The position numbers were made by a program, and so were the translations under genes. This document shows, piece by piece, positions 17,243 through 27,405 of a stretch of DNA of 64,000 nucleotides. This DNA is from a virus: IMG/VR virus record IMGVR_UViG_3300037882_001492, positions 54,191 to 118,190 of that record; one strand, 5' to 3'. Positions within the stretch are counted from its first letter, which is position 1; each line of letters starts with the position of its first letter. The notes below the pieces were generated by a model. The model made no database searches. It saw nothing but the letters and a program-made list of their open reading frames with translations, and was not told where the DNA came from.

Positions 17243-19639
17243 TTTACTTTGTTCTCTAATAGAGATTCCATCTTTTTCTAAGAAATCTTTTTCTAAACGA
17301 AGACCAATTCTAACTCGTCTATCTGCATCATCACCTTTAGCAGAAACATCAATATAGCCAACTTTCTTTTTACTATTACGATCAATGAATTGGATTTGAT
17401 TAAATGCATCTGATCCTGCCATTTCTACATCACAATCATCAATAAGAGATTTCATTATAGTATGATTAGTTGTCATTACAGATTCTTGTGGAGTAATAGA
17501 CCACATTAATTCATTCTCTAAAGTCATACTACCGGCAAGTAAGTCAGAGTAAGCAAAAGACTTAAGTAGAGATTTGTCTTTTTGAACCATTACTGCACGA
17601 ACAAACCTAAAGAGACTTTGTTTAGTTTGTTCAATTTTATTGTAATCCGATGAGAACTTAATGGCATTGACTTTCTTTTCAATCTCATTCCATTCCTGTT
17701 TCATATCAATGTCAGGGCCAACCATTCTTTCAATTCTTGTCTTAAAACTTTCGTAAGAAAGCTGATTTGAAGTTTTTGGATTTAAGTGAGAGATTGGCTT
17801 AAAGACATTTTCTACCATGCCGGTAATATAGGAATTTATTTCAGATCCTTTTTTGGCTGCGGATTTGAACTGTTTATTTTCAATCTTCGAAGACATGTAT
17901 TCAAGCATTTGTTCTCTTTCATCGTGCTTTCTCTGAGCCTCTGGTGTTTTATGTTGAGAATCCAAATAGAGTGCAGGATTATAAGATACAGAGATATTTG
18001 TTCCTCCCATATCAAGTCGTGCATTCGATGAATAGGTTTTCAAAGAAACTGGGATATTTTCACCGTCGAAATCCAATCCGAAATTATCTTTTAAGTAAGA
18101 ATTGAATTTCATTGAATCTTCTGGATTCGAGAAGTTAATTACAAAGTCGTCTTTCTTATTAGCGGTTGAAGTTCCACCAGTATGTTCAGCAGAGAGATTT
18201 GCAGGATCAACACCAGCTTTCTTCAAATGAGACAGCATTAGATTGACATTTCGATTCAAATATTGAGCGTGAGCAATTACAGGATTATCCAATTCAGTAC
18301 CAGTTAATCCTTCTTGAATTAACGAGATAGTTTCAAAGGGATCTTCGTCAGATAAAATACCGGCAGTAGGTAATTGATTTTTGATCGTATCAGCAAAGTC
18401 AAATACACCTTTGATGTAGTTTTCTAATTCTTCTGTTGCTGCTGCTAATTCATCTTGATTTTCTGCTGCTTTAGCAAATGCAGCATTGAATAATGCAGCC
18501 ATGATTTTCTCATTGACAACTGCAAGTTTTCTATTCAATGCATTTCCGTCTTGTGCAAACGAGCGTTGAAGTAATGGTTTTGAATAACTTCCATCAACTT
18601 TCTTCTCAACAACTTTTAAAAGAGCTTCACATAATGGTTGGGTGTATTCACCAAAGGAAATTCCATATTGTGCGTTTGCTTGTTTTCCATCGAACTTTAA
18701 CAAAGCATCATACAATTCTGGCATTGCAGTAAAATCCCCGTTTCGTCTTCCAAAGTAAATTCCTTTAGAAGATCCAGTAGCGTTTTCAGCAAAACCCCTA
18801 TCTCTAGCAGTAATGCAAGTTAGTAATTGTTTGATTTCAGGAGTTAGTGATTTACTATCAACATATTTCTGTCCTTTCTCATCAACTTGAATCTCTCTAA
18901 CTAAACCAATAAGTTTTAGATGTGCTTCTAATAATTCTTGTTGAACAAGTGGAGATAAGGTTGGATTTGCTCCGTCTCTTAAACTTCTTTTAAACTCAAG
19001 AATGTTTGTACTTGCACTCGACATTCCAGGATCTCCTGTTATTAAATCTACTAATTTACTAACTTCAATTCCAGGAACTACTTTATCACAAGTTCTCTTA
19101 TAAACTTCCATATCTTCTGGATCAACCATAAACGGTTCCCATAGATTTTGGATTGCTCCTAATGCAGCATCAAAAGCGGTCTTTGGTGCCATTGGATCTT
19201 CCTCTGCTGCTTGTGCTGCTTTATATGGATTTTCAGCCGTAGAACCGCCTAGCGTGTCTCCTTCGACTCCCGCGTCCCTTCCGATCAGTTCTTTCAGGTA
19301 CGCGATAAAAACATCAACTAATGCCGCGTCAATCGAGGCTGGAACAGGTCTGCCCCCATTCCCCATCTTCATAAACATTATTTTACCAGAAGGTGTAGAA
19401 CCGCGCGTTGGTTTTTGTCCTTGTCTAAAATACGGAACATACAAAGCAGCGGTTTGAGCGTTAGTTTTCCAAGAGTTATTTTCAAAGTTCTTTAGAAGGG
19501 TAACTCTATCTTGTGCTTTTGTTGCAGGCCAAGCCGGTAATCCAGGTCTTAGTCTATTAACATTAACTCCTTGAAAAATCTCTGATTCTTCAATTACTTT
19601 CTTGGAATTAACAAACTTTCTAACGCTTTCAATGGACAT
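17165..19639 (-). CDS. Large late protein with a putative PD-(D/E)xK nuclease-like motif; start probably 19639
   Basis: KKDDFVINF...IPVSLKTY pattern. The ORF-track start at 19675 lies at the upstream edge of the hairpin, so the extra codons would span it. Confidence 0.6.
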   Translation of the reverse strand: MSIESVRKFVNSKKVIEESEIFQGVNVNRLRPGLPAWPATKAQDRVTLLKNFENNSWKTNAQTAALYVPYFRQGQKPTRGSTPSGKIMFMKMGNGGRPVPASIDAALVDVFIAYLKELIGRDAGVEGDTLGGSTAENPYKAAQAAEEDPMAPKTAFDAALGAIQNLWEPFMVDPEDMEVYKRTCDKVVPGIEVSKLVDLITGDPGMSSASTNILEFKRSLRDGANPTLSPLVQQELLEAHLKLIGLVREIQVDEKGQKYVDSKSLTPEIKQLLTCITARDRGFAENATGSSKGIYFGRRNGDFTAMPELYDALLKFDGKQANAQYGISFGEYTQPLCEALLKVVEKKVDGSYSKPLLQRSFAQDGNALNRKLAVVNEKIMAALFNAAFAKAAENQDELAAATEELENYIKGVFDFADTIKNQLPTAGILSDEDPFETISLIQEGLTGTELDNPVIAHAQYLNRNVNLMLSHLKKAGVDPANLSAEHTGGTSTANKKDDFVINFSNPEDSMKFNSYLKDNFGLDFDGENIPVSLKTYSSNARLDMGGTNISVSYNPALYLDSQHKTPEAQRKHDEREQMLEYMSSKIENKQFKSAAKKGSEINSYITGMVENVFKPISHLNPKTSNQLSYESFKTRIERMVGPDIDMKQEWNEIEKKVNAIKFSSDYNKIEQTKQSLFRFVRAVMVQKDKSLLKSFAYSDLLAGSMTLENELMWSITPQESVMTTNHTIMKSLIDDCDVEMAGSDAFNQIQFIDRNSKKKVGYIDVSAKGDDADRRVRIGLRLEKDFLEKDGISIREQSKLTKVKEGTIRKIEKFIKLIEEASIN

Positions 19640-19672
19640 AAAAAAACCCCTCTCTTTATTTAGAGAGGGATT
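19640..19672 (-). terminator. Terminator hairpin after the tail tube gene, with CTAAATA in its loop
   Basis: TCCCTCTCT-AAATAA-AGAGAGGGG-TTTTTTT-ATG. Confidence 0.85.
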
Positions 19673-19686
19673 CACACAAAGAACAA

Positions 19687-20352
19687 TTAGTTAATTCCAC
19701 CAATACCGTCAAATAGTTTGTCAAAAATGTTATCTTCGATTCGATATTGTGCAATAAAGTCATATTTGAAAGTCATTTCAATTGTTGACATTTCGTTAGT
19801 TGAATAATTGAATTCTGATGTTTTCCAAGACTTAGGCCAAGCACCATAAAGTTTAATTTCAAGTTTAGGGTTTCTGTGGTGGTCTAGTTGAATAAGTGAA
19901 ATAGTTCTTTTGAATTGGTCAGGAATTACAACAGGAGCCGAGTGAACACCGTAGATAGGATCATAAGTAGTTCTCATCCAAGTAAACAACAGTTTTGCGG
20001 CATCGCCTTTGATTAAGTTATCAAATGAAATTACACACTCTTCTGTAGTTGCTTTGCCTGGGAAGAACATTCTATCGTTTACACGATCTACAACAATTTC
20101 TTCTACTGTATATCCTAATTGAGAAACAGATTTAACTGCCATTGACAGAACATCTGAACCATCAGTTAAACCTAAAGAATTATCAATAGTTCCAAGCAAT
20201 CCCGCAAGATTAGGAACTCGTAAAATCCAAGAATACGCTCTAAAAGAATCGTATTGATGGGTTAGTCTATGTCCGTCTGTTATTGAAATGTCTAAAGCAC
20301 GATCTTGTTGTTTTAGAATTTCATTTACGGCTGCGTCGGAATTTAAAGGCAT
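19687..20352 (-). CDS. Tail tube protein (gp19-like)
   Basis: Downstream of the sheath gene. FPGK, W, IKLYGAWPK and IEMTFKYD. Confidence 0.9.
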   Translation of the reverse strand: MPLNSDAAVNEILKQQDRALDISITDGHRLTHQYDSFRAYSWILRVPNLAGLLGTIDNSLGLTDGSDVLSMAVKSVSQLGYTVEEIVVDRVNDRMFFPGKATTEECVISFDNLIKGDAAKLLFTWMRTTYDPIYGVHSAPVVIPDQFKRTISLIQLDHHRNPKLEIKLYGAWPKSWKTSEFNYSTNEMSTIEMTFKYDFIAQYRIEDNIFDKLFDGIGGIN

Positions 20353-20358
20353 TTCTTA

Positions 20359-20365
20359 TATTTAG
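20359..20365 (-). promoter_or_regulatory. Late promoter CTAAATA (representative copy)
   Basis: 6 nt upstream of the tube ATG. Also at 19657, 28984, 58041, 61063 and 9343, with variants at 43321, 26761 and 9280. Resembles T4 TATAAATA. Confidence 0.75.
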
Positions 20366-20368
20366 AGA

Positions 20369-22627
20369 TTATAGGATAATCTTACCTGTTTGGTTAGTGA
20401 AGTTCAATTCGAAATTGATTTCTTCCGCTGCTTTTGTAGGAGTTACAATGATTCGGCACCACAGTTCCCCTCTGTCAACTCTAGCAGGAGTGTTTACAGA
20501 TTCATCACACAAGATTGTGTATTTTCTAATATCTCGCTTCGATTTTAATTCGGCAAGATATGGATTGATTGTTGCAATGATTTGCGACCACAAGATAGGA
20601 TCGTTTGGTTTGAATACAAACTGACGGCCGACTCTTAGCAATACTTTAGAAAGAGAAATTAATCCGTTTCTTACATTGATTCGATCTAAAGCGGTACTTG
20701 CTCTTTGAGTGTCTTTTTGACCCCAAACTACAATTCCATCTCGATCAAATTTCATAATTGGGTTAATTACGGCATCGTATAGAATTCCACCGTTTCCAGC
20801 AACTTTAACTTCTGTATCTGTTGCTCTAGTAACTTTACCGTTTTCAATACCGGCAGGGATCGCCCAATCTGTATCGCGTCTGATTTTTGAAAGAAGTTGA
20901 ATGTATGCCGCTACGATTGCAGGATCGTAATAACGATCTACTCCTGCAAATCTATCGAACATTTCAACCCACGGCCAATACACATCTACATAAGTGTTAT
21001 TAAGTGCCGCAGTTCTTCCGTCTCCCAAACCATTTACCCAAGCAACGGCTCTTTGTTCAGAGTTTAATCCTTCGGGCGGTGAAATGATGGCATTGAATCT
21101 GCCCGTTTCGCTGGCAACTGTGGCAAGTTCATTTTGAACTTGTTGAGCAGTAATTCCAGGAACAATAGCAAGATCAACCGAAAGATTAGGATCTCGTAAT
21201 GCTTGAATTCCAGTTTGAGAAGCTTGGCTTCCGATTAGTGCATTTAAGATATCGGAATCTGTTACAGAGCCATCTTCGTCAGCCACATCCCCGTTTACAC
21301 CACCAGCAAAACTGTATGTGCCAGGAATAAGTTTACCGAAGATTAAGGTTTGCATTGCAGCACTTTCTTCTCTAGAGGCTCTTGCAGTAAATGTCGAACC
21401 CCAAGCAGCGGGAACAGAAACTACAGAAGTTGCAGCGAATCCACCACCAGAATCAATCGAGCCAAAGCGAGCATAGTAGTAATCAGAAGTATTTCTATCA
21501 CCATAATCATAAATGTTTAAAGTATCAAGAACCCAACCCGATCCACCTGATAGATCGTCTACAAAGGCTACTTTATATGCTTCTCTAGTTGCACCATCAG
21601 AGTTGATTTGAACGGTTACATCTTTACCTTTGTTTGCCGCAACAATAGCTTGCATACCATAAGTTTTGAAACCATCTCTTGTTGAGGAAGTTACATAATT
21701 GTAACCCGCACCAGGATGTAGCGATTCAAGGTTGAACACGCCCGCACTTGCATTACCAGAAAGTAAAGTATTGCCCACAGACGAGCAAGCACTTGTCATT
21801 TGCCCAACATAAGCACCTGTATTTGCTAACCATCCAGCAGTTCCAGTAAGCATAGTGTATGCCACACCGGGAGTTCCAAACAATCTAATGTTGTTTCCGT
21901 TTCCGCTAAAATAACTTGCAGAAGCTTGTGCTAAAATTTGCGCTTGAGAAGGAGTCGAAATTACACCAAGCGAATATTCAACTGGTCTTCCACCACCACC
22001 TGCGGCGTACCCTGTTCCACCAACAGCGGAGAACAGAGAAACATTTCCGCCGTATCCAGACACATTCATTGTGCAAGCAGATCCAGCATAATTACTTACA
22101 AAGTAACCTAGCGAATCAGAAGCACTTACGAAACTGAATGGGGCTTCGGAAGGAAGGAAGGTATCAACAGCGGTTTTAATCGCTCCGATTGGGTTGCTTC
22201 CCGAAGGTGTAGCAACGAAATAAGGTTCAGAGTTTACAGCAACTCCATCTTGGTTTGCAATATTGATAAAGAAAGCGTGAGAGTAATTTGATTGGATTCC
22301 AGACACCCCAACGAAAGGAGAAGTTCCAACTAGTAAATTACCTTTTGCTTCTTCTTGCATCGGAGAAGCGCATCTAATGTAATACAGTTGATTTGTGATT
22401 GCAAGTAATTCATGTAACGCAAGCAACCCTTGTCCACCTGTATAGCGGGTAGGATCACCAAAAATAGCATCGGCTCTTTCTGACGATTGAATTAAAGTAG
22501 CCTCGCCTACCGGACCTTTTGACGCAAATCCGATAATTGCCGCTGCTTGGTTATTATCAGACGGAACATAGTCCGATTGATCGTTTACTTGAATATAAAC
22601 CCCAGGTCCGTTTTTATTTAAAGCCAT
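20369..22627 (-). CDS. Tail sheath protein (gp18-like)
   Basis: PGVYIQ, GFASKGP, YWPW, PAG, INPI, VWGQK, ALDRINVR and PTKAAE. Confidence 0.95.
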   Translation of the reverse strand: MALNKNGPGVYIQVNDQSDYVPSDNNQAAAIIGFASKGPVGEATLIQSSERADAIFGDPTRYTGGQGLLALHELLAITNQLYYIRCASPMQEEAKGNLLVGTSPFVGVSGIQSNYSHAFFINIANQDGVAVNSEPYFVATPSGSNPIGAIKTAVDTFLPSEAPFSFVSASDSLGYFVSNYAGSACTMNVSGYGGNVSLFSAVGGTGYAAGGGGRPVEYSLGVISTPSQAQILAQASASYFSGNGNNIRLFGTPGVAYTMLTGTAGWLANTGAYVGQMTSACSSVGNTLLSGNASAGVFNLESLHPGAGYNYVTSSTRDGFKTYGMQAIVAANKGKDVTVQINSDGATREAYKVAFVDDLSGGSGWVLDTLNIYDYGDRNTSDYYYARFGSIDSGGGFAATSVVSVPAAWGSTFTARASREESAAMQTLIFGKLIPGTYSFAGGVNGDVADEDGSVTDSDILNALIGSQASQTGIQALRDPNLSVDLAIVPGITAQQVQNELATVASETGRFNAIISPPEGLNSEQRAVAWVNGLGDGRTAALNNTYVDVYWPWVEMFDRFAGVDRYYDPAIVAAYIQLLSKIRRDTDWAIPAGIENGKVTRATDTEVKVAGNGGILYDAVINPIMKFDRDGIVVWGQKDTQRASTALDRINVRNGLISLSKVLLRVGRQFVFKPNDPILWSQIIATINPYLAELKSKRDIRKYTILCDESVNTPARVDRGELWCRIIVTPTKAAEEINFELNFTNQTGKIIL

Positions 22628-22630
22628 TTG

Positions 22631-22870
22631 TTATTCTATAACCTCTTTTACTGAAATTTGATTTCTCTTCTCTAACTCCGAGAAAGCATTCGATCTTTTG
22701 AATCCATACGGAAGTTTAACCGAACCTTTAGCAGTTAGAAGATAATGCTCCCATTTTGAGTTAATTTCTACAATTAATTCTTTTGATACCCATGAACGGT
22801 TTGTAACAACATAAAACCTTTCTTTAGATTTTAATAAATTGTTCTTCAAACTCTGTTTTGGTTTAAGCAT
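22631..22870 (-). CDS. Hypothetical protein
   Basis: 79 aa ORF upstream of the sheath gene. Confidence 0.55.
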   Translation of the reverse strand: MLKPKQSLKNNLLKSKERFYVVTNRSWVSKELIVEINSKWEHYLLTAKGSVKLPYGFKRSNAFSELEKRNQISVKEVIE

Positions 22871-22919
22871 TTTAATCCTATTTTATATACGCTAAACCAA
22901 AAACCATAAGGAAATATTT

Positions 22920-23672
22920 TTAAGTCTTCAAAACAAAATTGATTTCTTGAATTTTTCCTGAACTTGTAAGCATATAGTGTTTTTGCGGAATATACCCTTC
23001 AACGCTAATAATACAAGACTTTACCAACATTCTCTCGTCTTTTGAAGGAACTACTTTAACACTTTCATCTGACCAATCAATTAAATGAGAATGAGTGGAA
23101 TTTCCAAAACTTGTTCCAAGCACTAAAAATGGGGAAAACAACAACTCTACCTGCTCGACTAGTTGAGCAAGGTCTTCCACATACTTTGCTAAAACACTAA
23201 CTCTGACAGTTAAATCTACGGCTTTTGGTGCCTTAGAAATGACCCTTTGTGCGCGTCTAGCAATCGGATCAAAATAAGTGTAGTTTGTTACTTGGAAATC
23301 TGGTCTGCGTCTAGGTAAAGAGGCTTCAATATCTTCTACTGTAAACGAAATACAAGGAAGTGTTAAATTTCTTGTCTGAAAGGTTTCTACAATCGCTCTT
23401 TCACCGCCAGCATAGAACACAGAAAGATTAGTATTTAACTTATTCTCTTTTCCAATAACAAATAAATTACTTTTTAAAACATCTCTCAGTTTGGAAGTAT
23501 ACTCTCGTTGAAAGTCTGGTACATCCTTACTATAGCGTTCTAGTTCTTCAATCTGTTTTTTTAGAAAAGAATAAAGATAAGCATCACGATGAATATTTTT
23601 ATCGAAAGCAAATGTAGCAGACACCGGAAAAGCGCCTGTTTCCAACGGGATTGTCGTATTGATTTCACTCAT
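22920..23672 (-). CDS. Tail terminator/sheath stabiliser (gp15-like)
   Basis: TLPCISF and PKAVDLTVRVSVLAKYVEDLAQLVEQV. Confidence 0.75.
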   Translation of the reverse strand: MSEINTTIPLETGAFPVSATFAFDKNIHRDAYLYSFLKKQIEELERYSKDVPDFQREYTSKLRDVLKSNLFVIGKENKLNTNLSVFYAGGERAIVETFQTRNLTLPCISFTVEDIEASLPRRRPDFQVTNYTYFDPIARRAQRVISKAPKAVDLTVRVSVLAKYVEDLAQLVEQVELLFSPFLVLGTSFGNSTHSHLIDWSDESVKVVPSKDERMLVKSCIISVEGYIPQKHYMLTSSGKIQEINFVLKT

Positions 23673-24556
23673 TAAAACATTGTAAAGGGTTGCGGCGGTT
23701 CTTCAATCTCACTCATTAACTCTTCGTTAAGAAGCTGTAATTCCGCTACACCTTCGTCATACATCTCTTTTCCATCTAATTGAGCGCCACCTTCCGGTGA
23801 TGGAAGGCTTTTAAATTTCTTTCTGATATTACCTAAGTTTTTCTTACAATATGCAAGAGCATATCTTTGAATCCAGCCAACATAAAATGGGTGAAGTTTT
23901 TCCAAATCTAATGCTCTAAATTGAACAATAACTTCTTCACCGTCTCCTGATCTTGGAGTAGGAGTAATCATTAAGAACTCTCCATTGACAATTTCAAAAG
24001 AACCGTCTCGTCCGAGAATCTTTCTAATAGTTTCTAAGTGCATTTGCATAATAAGCAAATCACTAATCATCATATCGTTGAACAAGAAGTTGTCTTGGAA
24101 ATACTTAATGAAGAAGTCCATTTCTAAAGTATCGGCTTGTTGCGCGATTGTTAATAGATTCTTCTTGTATACCGCATAAACAAAGTTGTTTATCATAAAT
24201 TGTGGTAATTTATATAAATTAACTCCATTTACTGTCGTGAAAGTCGCAAACTGATTGCACCATAACGGAGCATGATAATCCATCTTAGAAATTGCTTTAT
24301 CAATCGCCAAATAAATCTGATAGTCTGTTAATTCAACTTTAATAATTGGATACCCTAATTCTGCTTTAATTTGATCCCTAATGATTCCATAGAATCCAGA
24401 GAATTCCATTTGACCAGCAAAACGCTTTCTATTTAAAGTTTCATAGAAATCAACACCGTTAAAGATTGTTGACGAAGTATGAAACCTATTAGAGTCACCT
24501 AAATTGGTTCCAGCAGTTGTTCCCCATGAAGTATGGGGTTGGACATATGTTGCCAT
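23672..24556 (-). CDS. Neck protein (gp13-like)
   Basis: LGYPIIKVELTDYQI, WIQRYALA...LGNIRKKF, and GGAQLDG. Confidence 0.85.
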   Translation of the reverse strand: MATYVQPHTSWGTTAGTNLGDSNRFHTSSTIFNGVDFYETLNRKRFAGQMEFSGFYGIIRDQIKAELGYPIIKVELTDYQIYLAIDKAISKMDYHAPLWCNQFATFTTVNGVNLYKLPQFMINNFVYAVYKKNLLTIAQQADTLEMDFFIKYFQDNFLFNDMMISDLLIMQMHLETIRKILGRDGSFEIVNGEFLMITPTPRSGDGEEVIVQFRALDLEKLHPFYVGWIQRYALAYCKKNLGNIRKKFKSLPSPEGGAQLDGKEMYDEGVAELQLLNEELMSEIEEPPQPFTMF

Positions 24557-24581
24557 AAATTATATACTAGTCCATAAAACT

Positions 24582-24616
24582 AAAGAAGCCTAGCATTTAC
24601 ACGCTAGGCTTCTTTT
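24582..24616. terminator. Bidirectional-type intrinsic terminator after the major capsid gene
   Basis: AAAGAAGCCTAGC-N-GCTAGGCTTCTTTT inverted repeat. Confidence 0.85.
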
Positions 24617-24636
24617 ACATTAGTTATTTAAACTAA

Positions 24637-26157
24637 TTAGCTTCTAAGAACTTGACCGAACGGAGTTGTTAAGTAGTTCGAATTCGCACCAATTACTCTG
24701 ATGATTCTGTAGAACTTCGATTCAGGAGTTACCGCTGTTTTGCCGTAGCGAGTAAGTAATCCTTTTCTTGGTTGGAAATCCTCAGGGTTAGTGATTGTTG
24801 GTCCCATTTGCAGCGGAATGTAAGGGCAGTAAATTACTCCTGCTTCCATTTCGTTGTTTCCTTTGTAACCCATCAGAATTTCGTCTTCTGGATACAGAGG
24901 ATCAATGTACACATCGAATTGACCTAACCATTTTCCTTTATACAGGATGTTTGTACCAAGTGTACCAGCCTCTTTCGATTCGATACCTCCTTCCAGTTTA
25001 GCAGCCGAATGCATGATTGCGGCCATGAAAGGAGAAGTTACAATCCAGTTACCCGGACCTCTTAAAGTAGTTTTGTAAATGTGCTGCGAAGCAAAGTTTA
25101 CCACACCAAGTAAGTTAGCGTACACATGTCCGATATGCTGTGGAGCAAATCCTAGAGCAGTTGTAGCAAAGTCAATCAGGAAAATGTTTCTTTCGGTACC
25201 ACTTGGGTTAGTTCCCAAAGTAGTCGCTGCGCTGTTAGCCGGATCTAATTCATACAAATACTTTCCACCTGTGAAGTCAATGCCGTCACTTGGGAAGTTA
25301 TTTGCGTTAGCCATATCAAGATAGCCGCGTTTAAATCCACCTACCGAACCAATATCATATGCAAGCGAACGCACATCTTCAATAAGTTCTCTGTCAATTT
25401 CTAGACGGACTTCGGAAGTTAACAGCGAAGTTAATTCACGCTCCAAATCTAAGTTATGATAAGCCTTAAGGTCTTGCTGTGCTTCGATTGTCCATAGCGC
25501 ACGGAACTTACGAGTTCTAGCGTTAACAGATTGCGTTTCGATATGAAGTGCAATTTCAGGAATGTTGCTTCCGCTCAAAACTTCACCAGCAGAGACAGAC
25601 CAAGGAGCATTATAACCAGCAGCAGTACCGCTAGGCCATCCAGCGATTCTACCACCTACTGTTGAAGAAGGGGGTAGATAATCTCCACCAATTTGTGTTA
25701 GTGAGCTAAAAGATTTCGATCCTGCACCCGCAGTATCAGTACTTGCTTCAAGCGCACCAATATTACCGTTTGGACCAGCTTCCATACCTCCATAAATCAT
25801 GTTGTATTTGCTGTAAACAGTTTGGTGAACACCGTTGTGTGATCTACGGTGACCCAGGTAAAATACTTGGGAAACCGGCCCTTGCATCGGTTGAGTACCG
25901 ACAATCTTGTTGGCGATTAATTGAGGGAAAATCCTACGAACGATTGGGAATGAAAACTTTTGGAAGGTACCTAACTGACCTACATGTGTAGCCTCAGTTA
26001 AAGGAATACCAGCTTCCGCTCTTTCATGGATAATGCTTCTCGCTTGGTTCTCAAGCAGGATAGCAGTATTTTCCAGAACAGTCTGGTTATCAATACCTCT
26101 TAAGATTTTTCCCCATTTTTTGACCAATTGGTCCATTTTCTTTTTATCGTGTTTCAT
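24637..26157 (-). CDS. Major capsid protein (gp23-like)
   Basis: LLENQ, PIVRR, GTQPMQGP, ARTRKFRALWTIEAQQDL, EIDRE, YCPYIPL and FQPRKGLLTRYG. Confidence 0.97.
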   Translation of the reverse strand: MKHDKKKMDQLVKKWGKILRGIDNQTVLENTAILLENQARSIIHERAEAGIPLTEATHVGQLGTFQKFSFPIVRRIFPQLIANKIVGTQPMQGPVSQVFYLGHRRSHNGVHQTVYSKYNMIYGGMEAGPNGNIGALEASTDTAGAGSKSFSSLTQIGGDYLPPSSTVGGRIAGWPSGTAAGYNAPWSVSAGEVLSGSNIPEIALHIETQSVNARTRKFRALWTIEAQQDLKAYHNLDLERELTSLLTSEVRLEIDRELIEDVRSLAYDIGSVGGFKRGYLDMANANNFPSDGIDFTGGKYLYELDPANSAATTLGTNPSGTERNIFLIDFATTALGFAPQHIGHVYANLLGVVNFASQHIYKTTLRGPGNWIVTSPFMAAIMHSAAKLEGGIESKEAGTLGTNILYKGKWLGQFDVYIDPLYPEDEILMGYKGNNEMEAGVIYCPYIPLQMGPTITNPEDFQPRKGLLTRYGKTAVTPESKFYRIIRVIGANSNYLTTPFGQVLRS

Positions 26158-26169
26158 GGGTTTTCTTTA

Positions 26170-26757
26170 TTAATCTAAATTTTTATTGAATGACATAACC
26201 TCTTCTGTTAAGAAGGGGTTAGTCCCAAAATCCGCATCATCATCAGATGCATTATCGTTTAAATTTTGGGCGACGATTACGGCTTTTCCACTAAAGTTTT
26301 TGCGTAAAGCCTTCGCATTTTCTTGAACTTGTTTAAGAAGTTCTTTATTTTTGCGCTCTAATGCTTTGTTATCTTTCGAAAGATTTTCAATAACTTCTCT
26401 CGCTTCTTGGATAACACCAACCATTTCTTCTTTTTCAGTTAAAAGAACATTGGTTTTTTCAGCGACCGCTTCATCAAGATGAATGCTTTCACCGATCTGT
26501 GGCTTAATAGCATTTACAATAAGTTGTAAAGTTTTCTCGGCTTCTGTTTTAGCATTAGCCTTGGCTGATTCACAAAGAGTATCGTATTGTTCTTTAAGAT
26601 AGACAGAAACCTGACGGCTCAATTTATCTTTGAAAACTTTAACTTCACTATCAATTTGTGATTCAAGCAACTGAACAATTTCAATTACAGCTTCGGCTGA
26701 AAAACCTTCCGGTAACAGCGCAATAAGCTTTTCTTTCAGTTTCTTATTCATAATCAA
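26170..26757 (-). CDS. Prohead scaffolding protein (gp22-like)
   Basis: Glu/Lys-rich coiled coil between the protease and capsid genes. Confidence 0.7.
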   Translation of the reverse strand: MIMNKKLKEKLIALLPEGFSAEAVIEIVQLLESQIDSEVKVFKDKLSRQVSVYLKEQYDTLCESAKANAKTEAEKTLQLIVNAIKPQIGESIHLDEAVAEKTNVLLTEKEEMVGVIQEAREVIENLSKDNKALERKNKELLKQVQENAKALRKNFSGKAVIVAQNLNDNASDDDADFGTNPFLTEEVMSFNKNLD

Positions 26758-26796
26758 GTATATCTATGTTGTGGAAAAAGTGTATCTCAACTTTTT

Positions 26797-27405
26797 TTAT
26801 TTTCTATTCTTAATAGCAAATTTCAAGGCTGCAATAAAAGCTTCTTCTTTCTTTGCGGCCTCTAAACCTTTCTCAATGATTAAGGTTGACTCCTGAACCA
26901 TTTCAGGAATTGCAGACGAGAAAGATGGATCGGCAACGAAATCCCAACATTTAATTCTAAGATTATCGCCTACTTGATATTTCCCTTCTTGCAATGGAAT
27001 TAGATTCCCTGTCGCTCTAGAAGAAACTCCTACTTTAATACCTTCTTTAATAAGGTCTTTTACAATTCTTCCAGCATGAGTGTCCATTACAGCGAACTCA
27101 CCATAAACTTTATTACCTTCCATCCAAACTTTAGTTAATTTGTTGGCAGCGTTTTTAAGATTGATTGTAGGAGTATTAGGATGATCCAGTTCCCCTGTTA
27201 AATATCCTTCTTCGCTGATAATTTTAGAAAGTCTTTTAATTTCTGCCTCTAAGATTTTCTTAGGATAGATTCTATTGTTCTTATTTAAAACATCGGCTTC
27301 GGAAATCAATCCACGAAGAACCAAAGGTCCATCTTCTTTCTTACCTTCGGAGATAACTTCTTCCAATCCAAAGAAGTTCCAAAAATCATTTAATAGATTA
27401 CTCAT
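26797..27405 (-). CDS. Prohead protease (gp21-like)
   Basis: NKNNRIYP, GELDHP, GVSSRATG and DFVADPS. Confidence 0.95.
   Translation of the reverse strand: MSNLLNDFWNFFGLEEVISEGKKEDGPLVLRGLISEADVLNKNNRIYPKKILEAEIKRLSKIISEEGYLTGELDHPNTPTINLKNAANKLTKVWMEGNKVYGEFAVMDTHAGRIVKDLIKEGIKVGVSSRATGNLIPLQEGKYQVGDNLRIKCWDFVADPSFSSAIPEMVQESTLIIEKGLEAAKKEEAFIAALKFAIKNRK

Noticed and set aside
19640-19675. ORF-track N-terminal extensions (19675, and likewise 59194)
   Set aside because: The first runs through the terminator/promoter hairpin and the second overlaps the primase antisense. The downstream ATGs at 19639 and 59116 fit better.
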